Shown here: positions 8,192 to 18,053 of the stretch, piece after piece
Numbering within the stretch: the first letter of the stretch is position 1
Layout of the letters: each line of letters opens with the position of its first letter
Assembly: GCA_047605225.1 (NCBI GenBank)
Contig: JASGGD010000002.1
Span: 7,696 to 71,695, forward strand
Length of the DNA: 64,000 bases
Reading direction: 5' to 3'
DNA from: Novosphingobium sp.
Lineage (GTDB): Bacteria; Pseudomonadota; Alphaproteobacteria; Sphingomonadales; Sphingomonadaceae
Notes under the pieces: generated by a model
What the model saw: only the letters and a program-made list of their open reading frames with translations
Database searches by the model: none
Told to the model about the DNA's origin: nothing
Translations under genes and position numbers: made by a program

Positions 8192-8866
8192 ATGGCCTTC
8201 GTCATCCCTCGAAATAGAGTGGGCCTTTACGACTGTGGGGACCGCATCATCGCCCTCGACATCGATCGCGACCGCTATCTTGAACTGAAACCGGAACTCG
8301 CTGCGCTGGCACGTCGCGGCGCTAGGAGCCTGGATCTGGAGCCATCGCAGACGGACGCATTGATGCAATCCGGACTGTTCGGCGCTTCGGAGCGGCCTTG
8401 TTCCTGGGATTGCGCCGGTGTGACTGGTGCGGAACGGTCCATCGTCGGCAACGAGCATCCATGCGTTCTCGGGGTTCGGTTCGCCGTCCAATACGTCGTT
8501 TCGGCGGCATGGCTGGCCTTCTTCCATTTGAGCGTCGGGCGCTGCAGGCTGCGGACCCTGGTGGACATTGCCAACGCACCTGCGCGGGCCGCAAGTCTGC
8601 GCGAAGAGCCCCATTCTCCGCAGCTGATGACGTGCCTGTCGGCTTTTTGCCGTGCGGCCCTTCTGTTTCCGCGCGCATCCCGGTGCCTGCGCGATGCGCT
8701 GGCGTTGCAGCGTCTGGTGACCCGGTATGCGGTTCGATCGAAAATCGTGTTCGGCGTGCAGACGGACCCCTTTCAGGCGCACTGCTGGGTCCAGCTGGAC
8801 GGGACCGTCCTGGGCCAAAGTCTGGAGACCGTTGCGGGATTTCGCGCGATCCTCGCCCTGCCATGA
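8192..8866 (+). CDS. lasso peptide biosynthesis B protein (fused RRE/PqqD-like N-domain plus transglutaminase-like leader peptidase)
   Basis: 224 aa. C-terminal ..ASRCLRDALALQRLVTRYAVRSKIVFGVQTDPFQAHCWVQLDG.. carries the Cys/His/Asp arrangement of McjB-type proteases. GAGGAG RBS. Confidence 0.85.
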   Translation: MAFVIPRNRVGLYDCGDRIIALDIDRDRYLELKPELAALARRGARSLDLEPSQTDALMQSGLFGASERPCSWDCAGVTGAERSIVGNEHPCVLGVRFAVQYVVSAAWLAFFHLSVGRCRLRTLVDIANAPARAASLREEPHSPQLMTCLSAFCRAALLFPRASRCLRDALALQRLVTRYAVRSKIVFGVQTDPFQAHCWVQLDGTVLGQSLETVAGFRAILALP

Positions 8867-10587
8867 GCAAGTGCCATGAGCACGACGCCATGAATACGAC
8901 ATATTCGATCTCGGTGGAGATCGCGCCCCGGGCGCCTCGCGAGGCGGCGCCGGGTGGGCGCTTCTGCGAGGAATTCTCGCACAGTGCGGACCTGCGCGCC
9001 GAATATCTCTGCCGGGGTAGCCTGGTCGTCATCGGCGACGCGTTTCATCTCGATCGACTGCGGCCCGGGCTTGCATCGGAAGATACCGCAGCGCGGCCTT
9101 TGGACGCATTGAGCACCATTGCGCGCGCATGCTGGGGGCGTTTTGTTGCTGTCGCGAAGGATCCGGAGACGGGGGAGGTTGCCGTTTATCGCGATCCGTC
9201 CGGGATGGTGCCATGCTACTTCGGCCGTTCGCGCTCGCAGGTCGCCATCGCGACCGACGCCGTATCGATATGCAGGCATCTGGTTATGCAGCCTTCGATC
9301 GACTGGGGCGGCATTGCCAATCATCTGCTCGCCCCGGATCGACGGCGGCGCGAGACATGCCTGGCCGGGATCAGGGAAATTCTTCCAGGCGAACTGGTTC
9401 ACATCACCCCGGATGACGCCCGCCATGACCTGCTCTGGAAGCCCGGGCATCATGTGGGAACGAGGCTGAACATCCCTTTCGTCGAAGCCGCTGAGCTTCT
9501 GGAGGGCCATTTTTCGGAAGCGGTCGCCGTGTGGTGCGAGCGATATCCGCGCCCGCTCATCGCGCTGTCGGGTGGTTTCGATTCTTCCGCGATAACCGCG
9601 CTGGCGGCGCGGTGCGGGCCGGTCGGGCTGATCCAGTACTTCGGGAAATCCCCGCAGGCAGATGAGCGCAGCTATGCGCGGGCGGTTGCAAGGCATCTGG
9701 GGCTCGAACTCGATGCGGTCTTTTGCGACCCCGGACAAGTTCAGGTTGACTGGAATCTCTCGGCGGCGCGGCCCCGACCATCGGCCCGGGCGTTTACGCA
9801 AAGCTTCGATAGGCACGCGGCCGACAAAGCCGCAGTACTTGGCGCAACCGCGCATTTCAATGGCGGGGGCGGCGACAATGTTTTCGGGAAATTGCACTCG
9901 GCCTACCCTCTGGCCGATCGCTATCTCCATTCAGGCCTGTCCCGAGATCTGTCCGGCACCGCCGCTGACATATGCCATGCGACAGGAGCATCGTTGCCCG
10001 CAGTGCTTCGGCAGGCGATGGCCGCTGTGCGCACCCCGGATCGTGGCAAATCATGGCCGGATACGGCGGACCTCTTGTCGGCCAGGGCCATCGCGATGCG
10101 CGACGACGAGCCACATCCCTGGATCGCTACGCAAACACCGCTCTGGCCGGGACAAAGGCAGCTCATCAGGAATATCGCTCGCGCGACCGCGGCCACCGAT
10201 CACCTCCACATCGAGGGCGCATTGCCGACGATCTTCCCGATCCTTTCGCAGCCGCTTGTGGAACTGTGCCTCTCCTTGCCTACCTGGGTCTGGCTCACCG
10301 GCGGCCAGGATCGGGCCCTGGCCCGAGCCGCCATGAAACCGTACCTTCCTGCGGACATTCTGGGCCGCAGGCTGAAGGGCGCGTTCGACGGTCTGGTATA
10401 CGAGATCGTCGATCTCCATCGTGCTCGGATATTGGCAGACCTCAGGGATGGAGCCCTGGCCGGCGAGGCGCTTATCGACGTGGATGCGGTCGAGCACGTC
10501 CTCAAGGCCCACGGTGGCAAGGAAGCCGGGATCATTCGCGTCCTTCACCTTCACGAGGTCGAGATGTGGTGCCGTCACTGGTCCTGA
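8863..10587 (+). CDS. lasso peptide cyclase (asparagine synthetase-like C protein)
   Basis: In-frame ATG 8863 within ORF 8398..10587 overlaps the B stop (ATGA). PP-loop motif LIALSGGFDSSAITALA; size 574 aa, typical of McjC homologues. Confidence 0.85.
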   Translation: MSKCHEHDAMNTTYSISVEIAPRAPREAAPGGRFCEEFSHSADLRAEYLCRGSLVVIGDAFHLDRLRPGLASEDTAARPLDALSTIARACWGRFVAVAKDPETGEVAVYRDPSGMVPCYFGRSRSQVAIATDAVSICRHLVMQPSIDWGGIANHLLAPDRRRRETCLAGIREILPGELVHITPDDARHDLLWKPGHHVGTRLNIPFVEAAELLEGHFSEAVAVWCERYPRPLIALSGGFDSSAITALAARCGPVGLIQYFGKSPQADERSYARAVARHLGLELDAVFCDPGQVQVDWNLSAARPRPSARAFTQSFDRHAADKAAVLGATAHFNGGGGDNVFGKLHSAYPLADRYLHSGLSRDLSGTAADICHATGASLPAVLRQAMAAVRTPDRGKSWPDTADLLSARAIAMRDDEPHPWIATQTPLWPGQRQLIRNIARATAATDHLHIEGALPTIFPILSQPLVELCLSLPTWVWLTGGQDRALARAAMKPYLPADILGRRLKGAFDGLVYEIVDLHRARILADLRDGALAGEALIDVDAVEHVLKAHGGKEAGIIRVLHLHEVEMWCRHWS

Positions 10588-12608
10588 AGGTGTTCCTTTA
10601 GCCAGGCGAGGTTACGGCCATAGACGGCCGACCGATGGGCCGGATGAAGCTTCATGTGACCCTCGTCGGGATAGACATACATCTGGATCGGCCAACCTTT
10701 GCGATGAAGGTCGCGATAGGTCGCAAGCCCCATGCGAAACTCGCTCGATGCTGCCTGAACGAGTATCGGAACCTTCCTTGCGTCCGGGGCATCCACGAGC
10801 GAATTCACCCGCCAGAATTCCGGTCCGGCCGCGCGGGTCGCGGGGTAGCCCATCGCAACGTAGAACTCGTCCAGCGCCAGACCGCTGGCCTCCTGCGCGG
10901 GCTCGCTTTCGCAGCATGTGCTGAGAATGGCACCGGAGAACAGGGATGAATTCGCCAGGGCGAAGGTGGCGGTCACGGCCCCGTCGCTCTGCCCGGTAAT
11001 GGCGACCCTGTCGGGGTCGATGATGCCTTCCCGGTTCAGCCGCTCGATGATCGTTTTCAACGATGAGAGGTTGCTCCGGCGGTCGGCGAAGTCCTCGTTG
11101 TTGAGGGCATAGAACTCCGCGTCCGTTCTGGGGTGGCGGCTCAGCCCGTACCAGGGAGGCCTGTTGAAGCTGAGAACGGCGAGCCCTTGCGCGGCCATCG
11201 CCTGGATCGGATATTCGTCGCCGGTGCCCCCTCGCAGGAAGCCTCGCGTTTCGTACTGGACGACCACGAGCGGGAGGCGCGGTCCCGGCGTCCAGCCGGG
11301 CGGCAGCACCAGATCGGCATACGTGTCCAGGCTGTAATCATTCGTCCAGGCAAGCCGCCGAATGCTGCCCAGTTGCAGCGAGGAGAAGGCCGGGTTCGGA
11401 TTGAAGATTTCGCGTCGCTTCCCCGTGCGTGTATCCAGCGCGATGATCGTTCTGGGATGAGCGGACGTTTCCTGCGCGCACAACAGATCGGACCCGGACG
11501 GTGCGCATCCGAACAGCGCGTCCGTCGTTTCGAGCATGCGTTGCGGCGGCGTCGGGCCGACTGCCCAGGAATAGAACTGCGTCAGGCTTCGCGCCACGCC
11601 TGACCGCCGCTGAAAGATGAGGCGTTTCCCGTCTGGCGTCCACCATAGGCCGGTTACATCCCTGCAGGACGCGAAAGGGCAGGTGATTTCTCCGCTCCGT
11701 TGCGATCGGACCCGGACCTCGGTCACGGCATCGAGCGCCGTGCTTTGCGGAACGGCCCAGGCGATGCGCGTTCCGCCGCGAGCCGTCGCTGTCGCCGTGG
11801 CGCCGCTGGGCCATATGCGCGACGTGTGAAGCGCGGTTTCATCCGTTGGCGCCAATGCAAACTCGGCGCCGCTTTCCGCATCGAGCGCGCGATCGACCTT
11901 GGGAATATCCGATCGCGGCATGGGCCTGTCGCTGGACAGCGGCCAGAAGCGCTGGTCGTAGCGATAGCCATGCTCGCCTTCGGCAGCGATGGCCGCCCTC
12001 GCGGCGATCAGGCCCGGCTGACTGGTGTAAAGCAGGCGCCGACCATCGTGCGACCACGCCATTTCCAGAACATCTGCGGCGCTCGTCAGCAAACGGCGGG
12101 TCTGACGGCTCGATCGATCGTAAATCCAGATTTCGGAACGGTCGGCGAACGTCTTGGTGTAGGCGAGCCGTCCTCCATCAGGGGACCAACGAAGTATCGC
12201 GGGCTTGGGTATTCCGAGCGGAAGGTCGGTCATGCCGTATCGGGTCGAGGTGGCGGCAACGATCTCGCCGCCGTCGTCGATCACCCGGGCACGATGTGCC
12301 GCGTCCGTATCGACGAGAACGATCGCGGTGCAGTAGCGATCGTTCGCCACGTCCGCCTGGCGCAGTTGAATAGCGGCCATTGCGGTAGACGGCGACACGC
12401 TGAACGCAGCGGGATCATTCCCCAATCCGACGGCCCCGAAGTCCTGCAACGCGAGAAGATCATCCTTGGTCACCACTCGAGCCCGTTCGGGTGGTGGTGC
12501 GGTCAGAGATAAGGTGCAGGGCGCAGTATGGCCGGGCTGCGCATGCGCGGGAGGAATGGCGCACGCCAACAAGGCGCAGCCGAGAGACGCTATCGGTGAC
12601 AGGTTCAT
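10575..12608 (-). CDS. secreted S9 prolyl-oligopeptidase-family hydrolase, probable lasso peptide isopeptidase
   Basis: 677 aa. Signal peptide MNLSPIASLGCALLACAIPPAHA, beta-propeller-like N-half, C-terminal hydrolase with ITGQSDGAV (GxSxG) and YPDEGH. Locus architecture matches the remembered AtxE2-type isopeptidase clusters. Confidence 0.7.
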   Translation of the reverse strand: MNLSPIASLGCALLACAIPPAHAQPGHTAPCTLSLTAPPPERARVVTKDDLLALQDFGAVGLGNDPAAFSVSPSTAMAAIQLRQADVANDRYCTAIVLVDTDAAHRARVIDDGGEIVAATSTRYGMTDLPLGIPKPAILRWSPDGGRLAYTKTFADRSEIWIYDRSSRQTRRLLTSAADVLEMAWSHDGRRLLYTSQPGLIAARAAIAAEGEHGYRYDQRFWPLSSDRPMPRSDIPKVDRALDAESGAEFALAPTDETALHTSRIWPSGATATATARGGTRIAWAVPQSTALDAVTEVRVRSQRSGEITCPFASCRDVTGLWWTPDGKRLIFQRRSGVARSLTQFYSWAVGPTPPQRMLETTDALFGCAPSGSDLLCAQETSAHPRTIIALDTRTGKRREIFNPNPAFSSLQLGSIRRLAWTNDYSLDTYADLVLPPGWTPGPRLPLVVVQYETRGFLRGGTGDEYPIQAMAAQGLAVLSFNRPPWYGLSRHPRTDAEFYALNNEDFADRRSNLSSLKTIIERLNREGIIDPDRVAITGQSDGAVTATFALANSSLFSGAILSTCCESEPAQEASGLALDEFYVAMGYPATRAAGPEFWRVNSLVDAPDARKVPILVQAASSEFRMGLATYRDLHRKGWPIQMYVYPDEGHMKLHPAHRSAVYGRNLAWLKEHLQDQ

Positions 12609-12659
12609 GAGGGGAGTCCATTCGGGGACGGGAAGCGGCGCTTGCCGCTACCCGCGCGC

Positions 12660-15209
12660 TTACCAGTCTTTGGAGATCGTGAAGCTGACGAAGCGTCCAA
12701 CGGGCGAGGAATTGGTGGAATCGTAGCTCACGTAATAGCTGTATCCACCGCTCGGTGCCGCATAGGCCGGGTGCCGGTCGAAGGCATTCTGCACGCTGGC
12801 TTGTAATCCAAGGCCGCTCAGCAACCCTTCGCCCAGCGGGATCCGGTATCCCGCTGACAAATCCAGTGTGGTCAACGCCGCGACCTGGGCTGCGGGCAAT
12901 TGCCTGTTGTCCGAGAGTCCGGACTGATGACTGACATAGGCACCGATCGTCCACTTCGTGTCCGACCAGGCAACGCTTCCCCGGGCCCGAAAGCGAGGCG
13001 GATTGAATATGGTTCCGGCAAGCGTGATCTTTGCGGAATCTCCGGTGAAATTCTGGCTGGACCAGAGCCATGCGCCGCTCGCCGAGAACGTCAGCGAGGA
13101 TGCGGCCGTCACAGGCAGGCTGTAGTCGACCGCGAGGTCGACGCCTTGGATCGTCTGGTATGCGGCGTTCGTATAGCGGCTGTTGATGATCGCGACGATC
13201 TTGCTGGGATCATCGTCCCCGGCGAAATTGTAGAAGTAGGCAGCGTTCGACAGAACCTCCTCGATTTCGGCGAGCGTGGGCGAATAATCGACGACCGGGT
13301 CATATGCCGGATCGGCGAGCGCGGTGAACATGGCCGCGCCTGACACCGGCTGGATGATGCGGTCGCGATACCCGATATGGAAATAGCTTGCGGAGGCATG
13401 GAAACGGTCGACCGCGCGAGGGTGAAGGTCGATCGTTGCAGACCATGTGTTGGCGCGCTCCGGTTTGAGATCGGTGTTGCCGCCATAGTCGGTGAGGACG
13501 GTCGAACCGGCAGGAAAACGCTCGCCTCCCATATAGCTCGTCGAATCCAGATAGGCGCCGCGTAGCTGGTAACGCTGGTCGAGGGTTGGAGCCTTGAAGG
13601 ACTTGCCCCAACTCAGCTTGAGGTCGAAATCGGGAGAAACCCCGTACACCATCCCGAGCTTCGGCACCGCCACCGACGCCATGCCGGGATAGCGTTCGTA
13701 GCGTAGTGCCGCGCTCAGGATCAGGCGGCTGCCCACCATGGAGCCGTCCTCGGGCAGAACCAGCGGAATCTTGATTTCCGAGAAGGCGTAGGAACTGTCG
13801 ATTGATCCGCCGTAGCGGAAAGACGCGGCCGAAGGGGCATAATCGTAGCTGTTGTAGCGGTAGCCCGCGCCGACCACGACGTCGATCGGATGAGGGCCGA
13901 TCCCGCTGACGGGGCCGGTCACATACCCCTCGGGATTGACGATCCTGTTCTTGTAGTAACCGGTGGACCGGGATGACAGATTGCTTCCGCTGAGCGTCGT
14001 CTGATCGTAGTTCAGCTTGCTCTGGCCATACGTGGCGGACGCATGCGCTTCCCATCGCGATCCAAGGTCCACGCGGACCGAGGGCGTGACCGAATAGGAC
14101 GTGACATCCGGCCGGTTCACATAGGAGACGCCGTAGTCCGTGGCCTGCGATATGTACGAGCGCCGGTTGCTGTATGCAGCGTCGATGTCGAACTCGGTTG
14201 TCGATGAAATTGCCTGACGGGCGCTGGCGACGAGGCTGTCCTGGTTGACACGCGGATAAATCGTCCCGCCATCTGGCATGTAGGCAGTGTAGTCGCGGTC
14301 ACCGGAATGGATCGCGCTGTTGGCCTGGTGGCTGTAGGCGAGCATGGCGCCGCCGCTGTTCCAGGTCTTTCCGGCGACCCCGGTATATTGCTGCAGAAAG
14401 TCGCCGCCATCGGTTGCACCGCCCAGCGTGGCCGTTAGATTGGCACCGTCATAGTCGCGTTTGAGGATGACATTGACGACGCCGCCCACGGCGTCCGATC
14501 CGTAGATCGCCGATGCGCCATCGGCGACGACATCGATCCTTTCGATGCCTGCCAGCGGAATCGCGCCAATGTCGACGGCCTGCACGAAAGACCCATAGGA
14601 CAGGCGATGACCGTTCAGCAGCACCAGAGTGGCATCGCCGCCTAGGCCGCGTAAGTTGGGCGTCGAACTCGCGTCGAGGTTCTGGTTGGCGATGCCATTG
14701 GCTCCGGGCGAGACGCCGGGATTCTGTCCGCCGCTGAAATTCTGGGGCAGGGCGCGGATCGCCTCGCCGAGATCGACTTGCCCCGCGGATCGGATGTCCG
14801 AGGCGTAGAGCCTGGTGGTCGGCGAAGCGCTGTCCGCCGATTTGAGATGCGTTCCCGTCACCACGATTTCATCGGCGTTTCCCGAAGACCTCGTGCCGCT
14901 CAGAGCTCGTATGATGAGCGCGCCGTCGACGATCTCGGCGGTAAGCCGGGTGCCGCGAAGCAATCGGTTCGCGGCCTCTGTCGGAGAGAGGCGCTCCTTC
15001 AGCGCCTTGGCGGATTTTCCGCGCAGGGGATCGGCGGGGGCCGAGAACTCCAGGCCGCTCTGGCGTGCGATCGCCCGCAGCGCTTCGGTCAGCGATTGGG
15101 CGGGCAGGTCGAAATCCACGGCCCGGTCGATCTGAGCCAATACCGGCGTGCCGATTATCAATGCGCACGCGCCAACGCCTGCCAGAAATCCGTAACGAAC
15201 CGTTTGCAT
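12660..15209 (-). CDS. TonB-dependent receptor with N-terminal signalling (STN) domain, FecA-like transducer
   Basis: ORF 12660..15251. ATG 15209 gives MQTVRYGFLAGVGACALIIGTPVLAQ. STN-like FDLPAQSLTEALRAIARQSGLEFS, plug motifs, and a C-terminal ..FTISKDW aromatic terminus. Confidence 0.85.
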   Translation of the reverse strand: MQTVRYGFLAGVGACALIIGTPVLAQIDRAVDFDLPAQSLTEALRAIARQSGLEFSAPADPLRGKSAKALKERLSPTEAANRLLRGTRLTAEIVDGALIIRALSGTRSSGNADEIVVTGTHLKSADSASPTTRLYASDIRSAGQVDLGEAIRALPQNFSGGQNPGVSPGANGIANQNLDASSTPNLRGLGGDATLVLLNGHRLSYGSFVQAVDIGAIPLAGIERIDVVADGASAIYGSDAVGGVVNVILKRDYDGANLTATLGGATDGGDFLQQYTGVAGKTWNSGGAMLAYSHQANSAIHSGDRDYTAYMPDGGTIYPRVNQDSLVASARQAISSTTEFDIDAAYSNRRSYISQATDYGVSYVNRPDVTSYSVTPSVRVDLGSRWEAHASATYGQSKLNYDQTTLSGSNLSSRSTGYYKNRIVNPEGYVTGPVSGIGPHPIDVVVGAGYRYNSYDYAPSAASFRYGGSIDSSYAFSEIKIPLVLPEDGSMVGSRLILSAALRYERYPGMASVAVPKLGMVYGVSPDFDLKLSWGKSFKAPTLDQRYQLRGAYLDSTSYMGGERFPAGSTVLTDYGGNTDLKPERANTWSATIDLHPRAVDRFHASASYFHIGYRDRIIQPVSGAAMFTALADPAYDPVVDYSPTLAEIEEVLSNAAYFYNFAGDDDPSKIVAIINSRYTNAAYQTIQGVDLAVDYSLPVTAASSLTFSASGAWLWSSQNFTGDSAKITLAGTIFNPPRFRARGSVAWSDTKWTIGAYVSHQSGLSDNRQLPAAQVAALTTLDLSAGYRIPLGEGLLSGLGLQASVQNAFDRHPAYAAPSGGYSYYVSYDSTNSSPVGRFVSFTISKDW

Positions 15210-15295
15210 TCTATCCCCCACTGTCCAGTCGGCGCGTCGCGTGACGGCCATGCCAGGCTAGACGGGAGGATTTTCGGAACGAGCAATCCGGACGG

Positions 15296-16315
15296 CTATT
15301 TCTTGAGAATAATCCGATCGGGCTGTTGATCGTCGAGTGTCAGGCCAAGCGAACGGGCGAGATGCCTGGCAACGCTTTGCGAGTTGCGGATATGCAGTTC
15401 CGCACTCACGCGCATTGCGGCGATTTCAGGGGTAGCGGCGACCAGCTTGATGTCCGAATAGAGATTCACCTCCGCCAGGATCGCGGCGACCGTTTCATCA
15501 TCATAGCTTTTCACGCCAGTGACCCATTGTTCGTCGTTGCGCGGAGCGGGCTCGGCAATGGCAGCATTCCCTTGAGAAGTCGCGCCAGGGTAACGTATCC
15601 GCTGGCCGGGCTGAAGCACCTGTTGTGCGCCGTTCGCGACGTTCTTCGCACCCTGACAAGGCGGCGTTACTGCCACATGCCCTTCGTACAGCACCACGTT
15701 CATCTGACATTTGGTACGTCTCTCGACGCTGAACCGGGTGCCCAGAGCCGTGGTAGTGCCTTCATCCGTGGTGACGACGAAGGGACGGGCTTTGTCGTGG
15801 GCGACGGAGAAGACCGCGCGGCCATGATCGAGAGTGATTTCGCGGCGATTGGCGCGCATCGAAACCAGCAACCGGCTGTCGGCATCGAGCGTCACGACGG
15901 AACCATCCGACAATGCTACGCGCCGAACCTCGGTTTTCCCTGTGACCAGGACGAGCCGCATCTTGCCGTCCTCGCCGTCACGCGACGCCACTGGGGTAGC
16001 GGCCCTGAAGCTGCTGACGTTCTGACCCAGGACAATATGCGCGCCCATAAGGACTATCGCTGCGATGGAGGCCGCCATCGCGATCCTTGCCAGCTTTTGC
16101 CGGCGTCGCTGCTTCTGGCGACTGCGCACGTTTCTGGCTGCCGGATCGATATAGTTTGTCAGCGCGGCATCGGCGATTTCGAATTCCCGGCGATGTTCGG
16201 GATCCTCGGCGCACCAACGCATCGCGGCGGCATGCAGCGCTGGGGTTTCCCGGCTTTCCATGACCCACCGCCGGGCCTGCTGCTTGATGGTGAGCGGAGC
16301 ATCGTCTTCGGTCAT
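15296..16315 (-). CDS. FecR-family anti-sigma factor / transmembrane sensor
   Basis: 339 aa. One central TM (IAMAASIAAIVLMGAHIVL) and a FecR-like periplasmic domain. ATGA overlap with the upstream sigma-factor gene. Confidence 0.75.
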   Translation of the reverse strand: MTEDDAPLTIKQQARRWVMESRETPALHAAAMRWCAEDPEHRREFEIADAALTNYIDPAARNVRSRQKQRRRQKLARIAMAASIAAIVLMGAHIVLGQNVSSFRAATPVASRDGEDGKMRLVLVTGKTEVRRVALSDGSVVTLDADSRLLVSMRANRREITLDHGRAVFSVAHDKARPFVVTTDEGTTTALGTRFSVERRTKCQMNVVLYEGHVAVTPPCQGAKNVANGAQQVLQPGQRIRYPGATSQGNAAIAEPAPRNDEQWVTGVKSYDDETVAAILAEVNLYSDIKLVAATPEIAAMRVSAELHIRNSQSVARHLARSLGLTLDDQQPDRIILKK

Positions 16316-16869
16316 CGGCGTTCCATGATGTCCACGAGGTGGTCCAGCGTCTTGAAGACCTTACGTTTCACAGCCCATTCGTTGAGCCCTTTCTGCCGTC
16401 CGATCTCCCGAAAACTATAACCCTCGACGCGGCTGAGCAAAAACAATTCTCGATCGAGCGGATCGAGCCCATCGAGAACTTTTTCACAAAGGGCGATGTC
16501 TGCCCGTGCCGCCAGGATGCGCATCGGATCGATGGTAGTAGAAAGTTCGGCGGCATCGGAAAGGGGGCTTTTGAGGTGGTCCACGCGGGTCGAGGACAGG
16601 TCCGAATGGTCTCGCAGAAGATTGGTTGCGATGCGGCGTAAATAGGCTTGCGGAGAATTCAGCAACATTGCAGCGCCGCTGCGATAGAAGCGAAAAAAGG
16701 TCTCCTGCGCGAGTTCTTCCGCCTCTGCGCTGGAGACGGAATTGCGGTGAAAATAGCGTTTCAACCAACCTCGTTCCTTGAGGTAAAATTTCGCTACCGG
16801 ATCTTGATAAACATCCGGCCGCCGGGAATCCGACTCACTAAGCTTCTCAGAAATGTGCCGATTGTTCAC
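16312..16869 (-). CDS. ECF (FecI-like) RNA polymerase sigma factor
   Basis: ORF 16312..16983 starts at TTG. Preferred GTG 16869 (185 aa) lies downstream of a TATAAT box. Region 2 AEELAQETFFRFYR and region 4 LSRVEGYSFREIGRQKGLNEWAVKRKV. Start uncertain. Confidence 0.75.
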   Translation of the reverse strand: MNNRHISEKLSESDSRRPDVYQDPVAKFYLKERGWLKRYFHRNSVSSAEAEELAQETFFRFYRSGAAMLLNSPQAYLRRIATNLLRDHSDLSSTRVDHLKSPLSDAAELSTTIDPMRILAARADIALCEKVLDGLDPLDRELFLLSRVEGYSFREIGRQKGLNEWAVKRKVFKTLDHLVDIMERR

Positions 16870-16947
16870 GTCGACTGCCTCGCTCGGAGAGGCCGCGATC
16901 AATCGATGGATGCTCGCCGTCAGATTAAAATGACCCCTAATCGTATC

Positions 16948-16977
16948 ATTATAGCCGATATGGGGTGTGCTCAGCAA
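16948..16977 (-). promoter_or_regulatory. sigma70-type promoter candidate for the ECF sigma operon
   Basis: On the minus strand: TTGCTG (16977-16972), an 18-nt spacer, then a perfect TATAAT (16953-16948), in an AT-rich stretch upstream of GTG 16869. Confidence 0.45.
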
Positions 16978-17035
16978 TCGCAAATGGCACGATTAAGGGA
17001 CAGACATATCCGGCTAGGTGTCGCCATCTCTGACC

Positions 17036-17299
17036 ATGGAATTGGTCCGTATCCTTGCCAGGAATGTTAAGCACCACCGAAAACTGCGTGGTATGACTCA
17101 AGAAAGTCTGGCCCTGTCCATTGAGATGAAACGTAGTTACGTTAGCGGGATAGAGTGCGGAAACAGAAATCCAACCGTCAAAGCGCTAGAGAGAATTGCT
17201 GGCGCGCTTGAAATAAAGCCTAGTCAATTGTTTGATGATGCTGAAGATATTTCGTCTGATAATTACAAGGCGATTCCGAGAGGTCGGAGGCGTTTATAA
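17036..17299 (+). CDS. small XRE-family HTH regulator
   Basis: ORF 17018..17299 (GTG); ATG 17036 preferred. LRGMTQESLALSIEMKRSYVSGIECGNRNPTVKALERIAGAL is a canonical HTH_XRE. The gene is visibly AT-richer than its surroundings. Confidence 0.75.
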   Translation: MELVRILARNVKHHRKLRGMTQESLALSIEMKRSYVSGIECGNRNPTVKALERIAGALEIKPSQLFDDAEDISSDNYKAIPRGRRRL

Positions 17300-17560
17300 A
17301 CCTTCTGCAATGACGCCATGCTTATTTGGAAATTTTGTTCAGCGTCGGCAACTGGGACATTTGCGACCGTCCGGAATCAGCAAGGCAGATGCGGTGAGCG
17401 GACATTGGTAGGAGCCTCAGCAGAGGCGATAGGCTGAGCGAGGACTGGAAAACAGAGCGACTGGCGGCTCATGTCGAACGCCGCCGTTCGCTGCGCTAGC
17501 CCGAACGGCCTGAGTTGGTCACAGCCGCCGATATTAGGTGAATTCAAGGGTGTCTCCCGG

Positions 17561-17998
17561 CTAGGCACGGCCAACACACGATCTTAGGGCCTCCAACCCG
17601 CGGATGGTATCGACCAGGCGTTCCAGCCCCTCGGCACTGTCGATACCTCGTGTGCCGGCATTCACGCTCGCAAACAGAATGAGCTTCGCCATCTCTCGAA
17701 AAACGGCTGGCAGCGCCATCTGACTTTCAAGCCGCTTGCACTGGATGACCTCGACCGACCGGCCTTGGTCAGCAGAACGTCGCGCCCGGCATCGGCGCCA
17801 CGGACCATGTGTGCGGCATCGTCCCAGGTCCGCGCGATGCCGTGCGGGCTGGAGCGTTTTGCGAGTGCATAGCTCAGCCGCTCGAACTCCTCGTCCCCCA
17901 AGTGGAAGATAAGCGAAGCTCTCTAGTCCGGCGCTATCGTCGCTCACCGGTTTTACCCTGCTGATTTCGGCGTCTGCGGCGGCGCCCGAGACGATCAT
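17561..17998 (-). pseudogene. decayed and truncated Mrr-like (PD-QxK) restriction-endonuclease-domain gene
   Basis: A sensible protein is obtained only by joining frames. MIVSG..ESFAYLPLG is frame a and GDEEFERLSYALAKR..GADAGRDVLLTKAGRS is frame b. VEVIQCKRLESQ..FREMAKL is back in frame a. Shifts occur at a GGGG run and at GGTCGGTCG. The F-E-x-L .. GxDxGxD .. hhhQxK pattern matches the N-terminus of the 19607..21523 protein. It ends after about 145 codons. Confidence 0.45.
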
Positions 17999-18053
17999 CT
18001 TTGTTTCCCCTGACCTTTTTTAGCTAGGCTCGCCACTTGGCCAAAGTCCATGA

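Noticed and set aside
7346-9930. Long minus-strand ORFs 7346..8902 (518 aa) and 8773..9930 (385 aa)
   Set aside because: They run antisense to the GntR, precursor, B and C genes, which all carry clear family motifs. Their composition (Arg/Pro/Cys-rich) is typical of high-GC shadow ORFs.
15210-15295. Search for a FecI-type ECF promoter between fecR and the TonB receptor gene
   Set aside because: Only poorly spaced pieces were found (GGATT..CGTC at about 19-20 nt, GAAAAT..CGTC at 5 or 23 nt). I cannot support a call.
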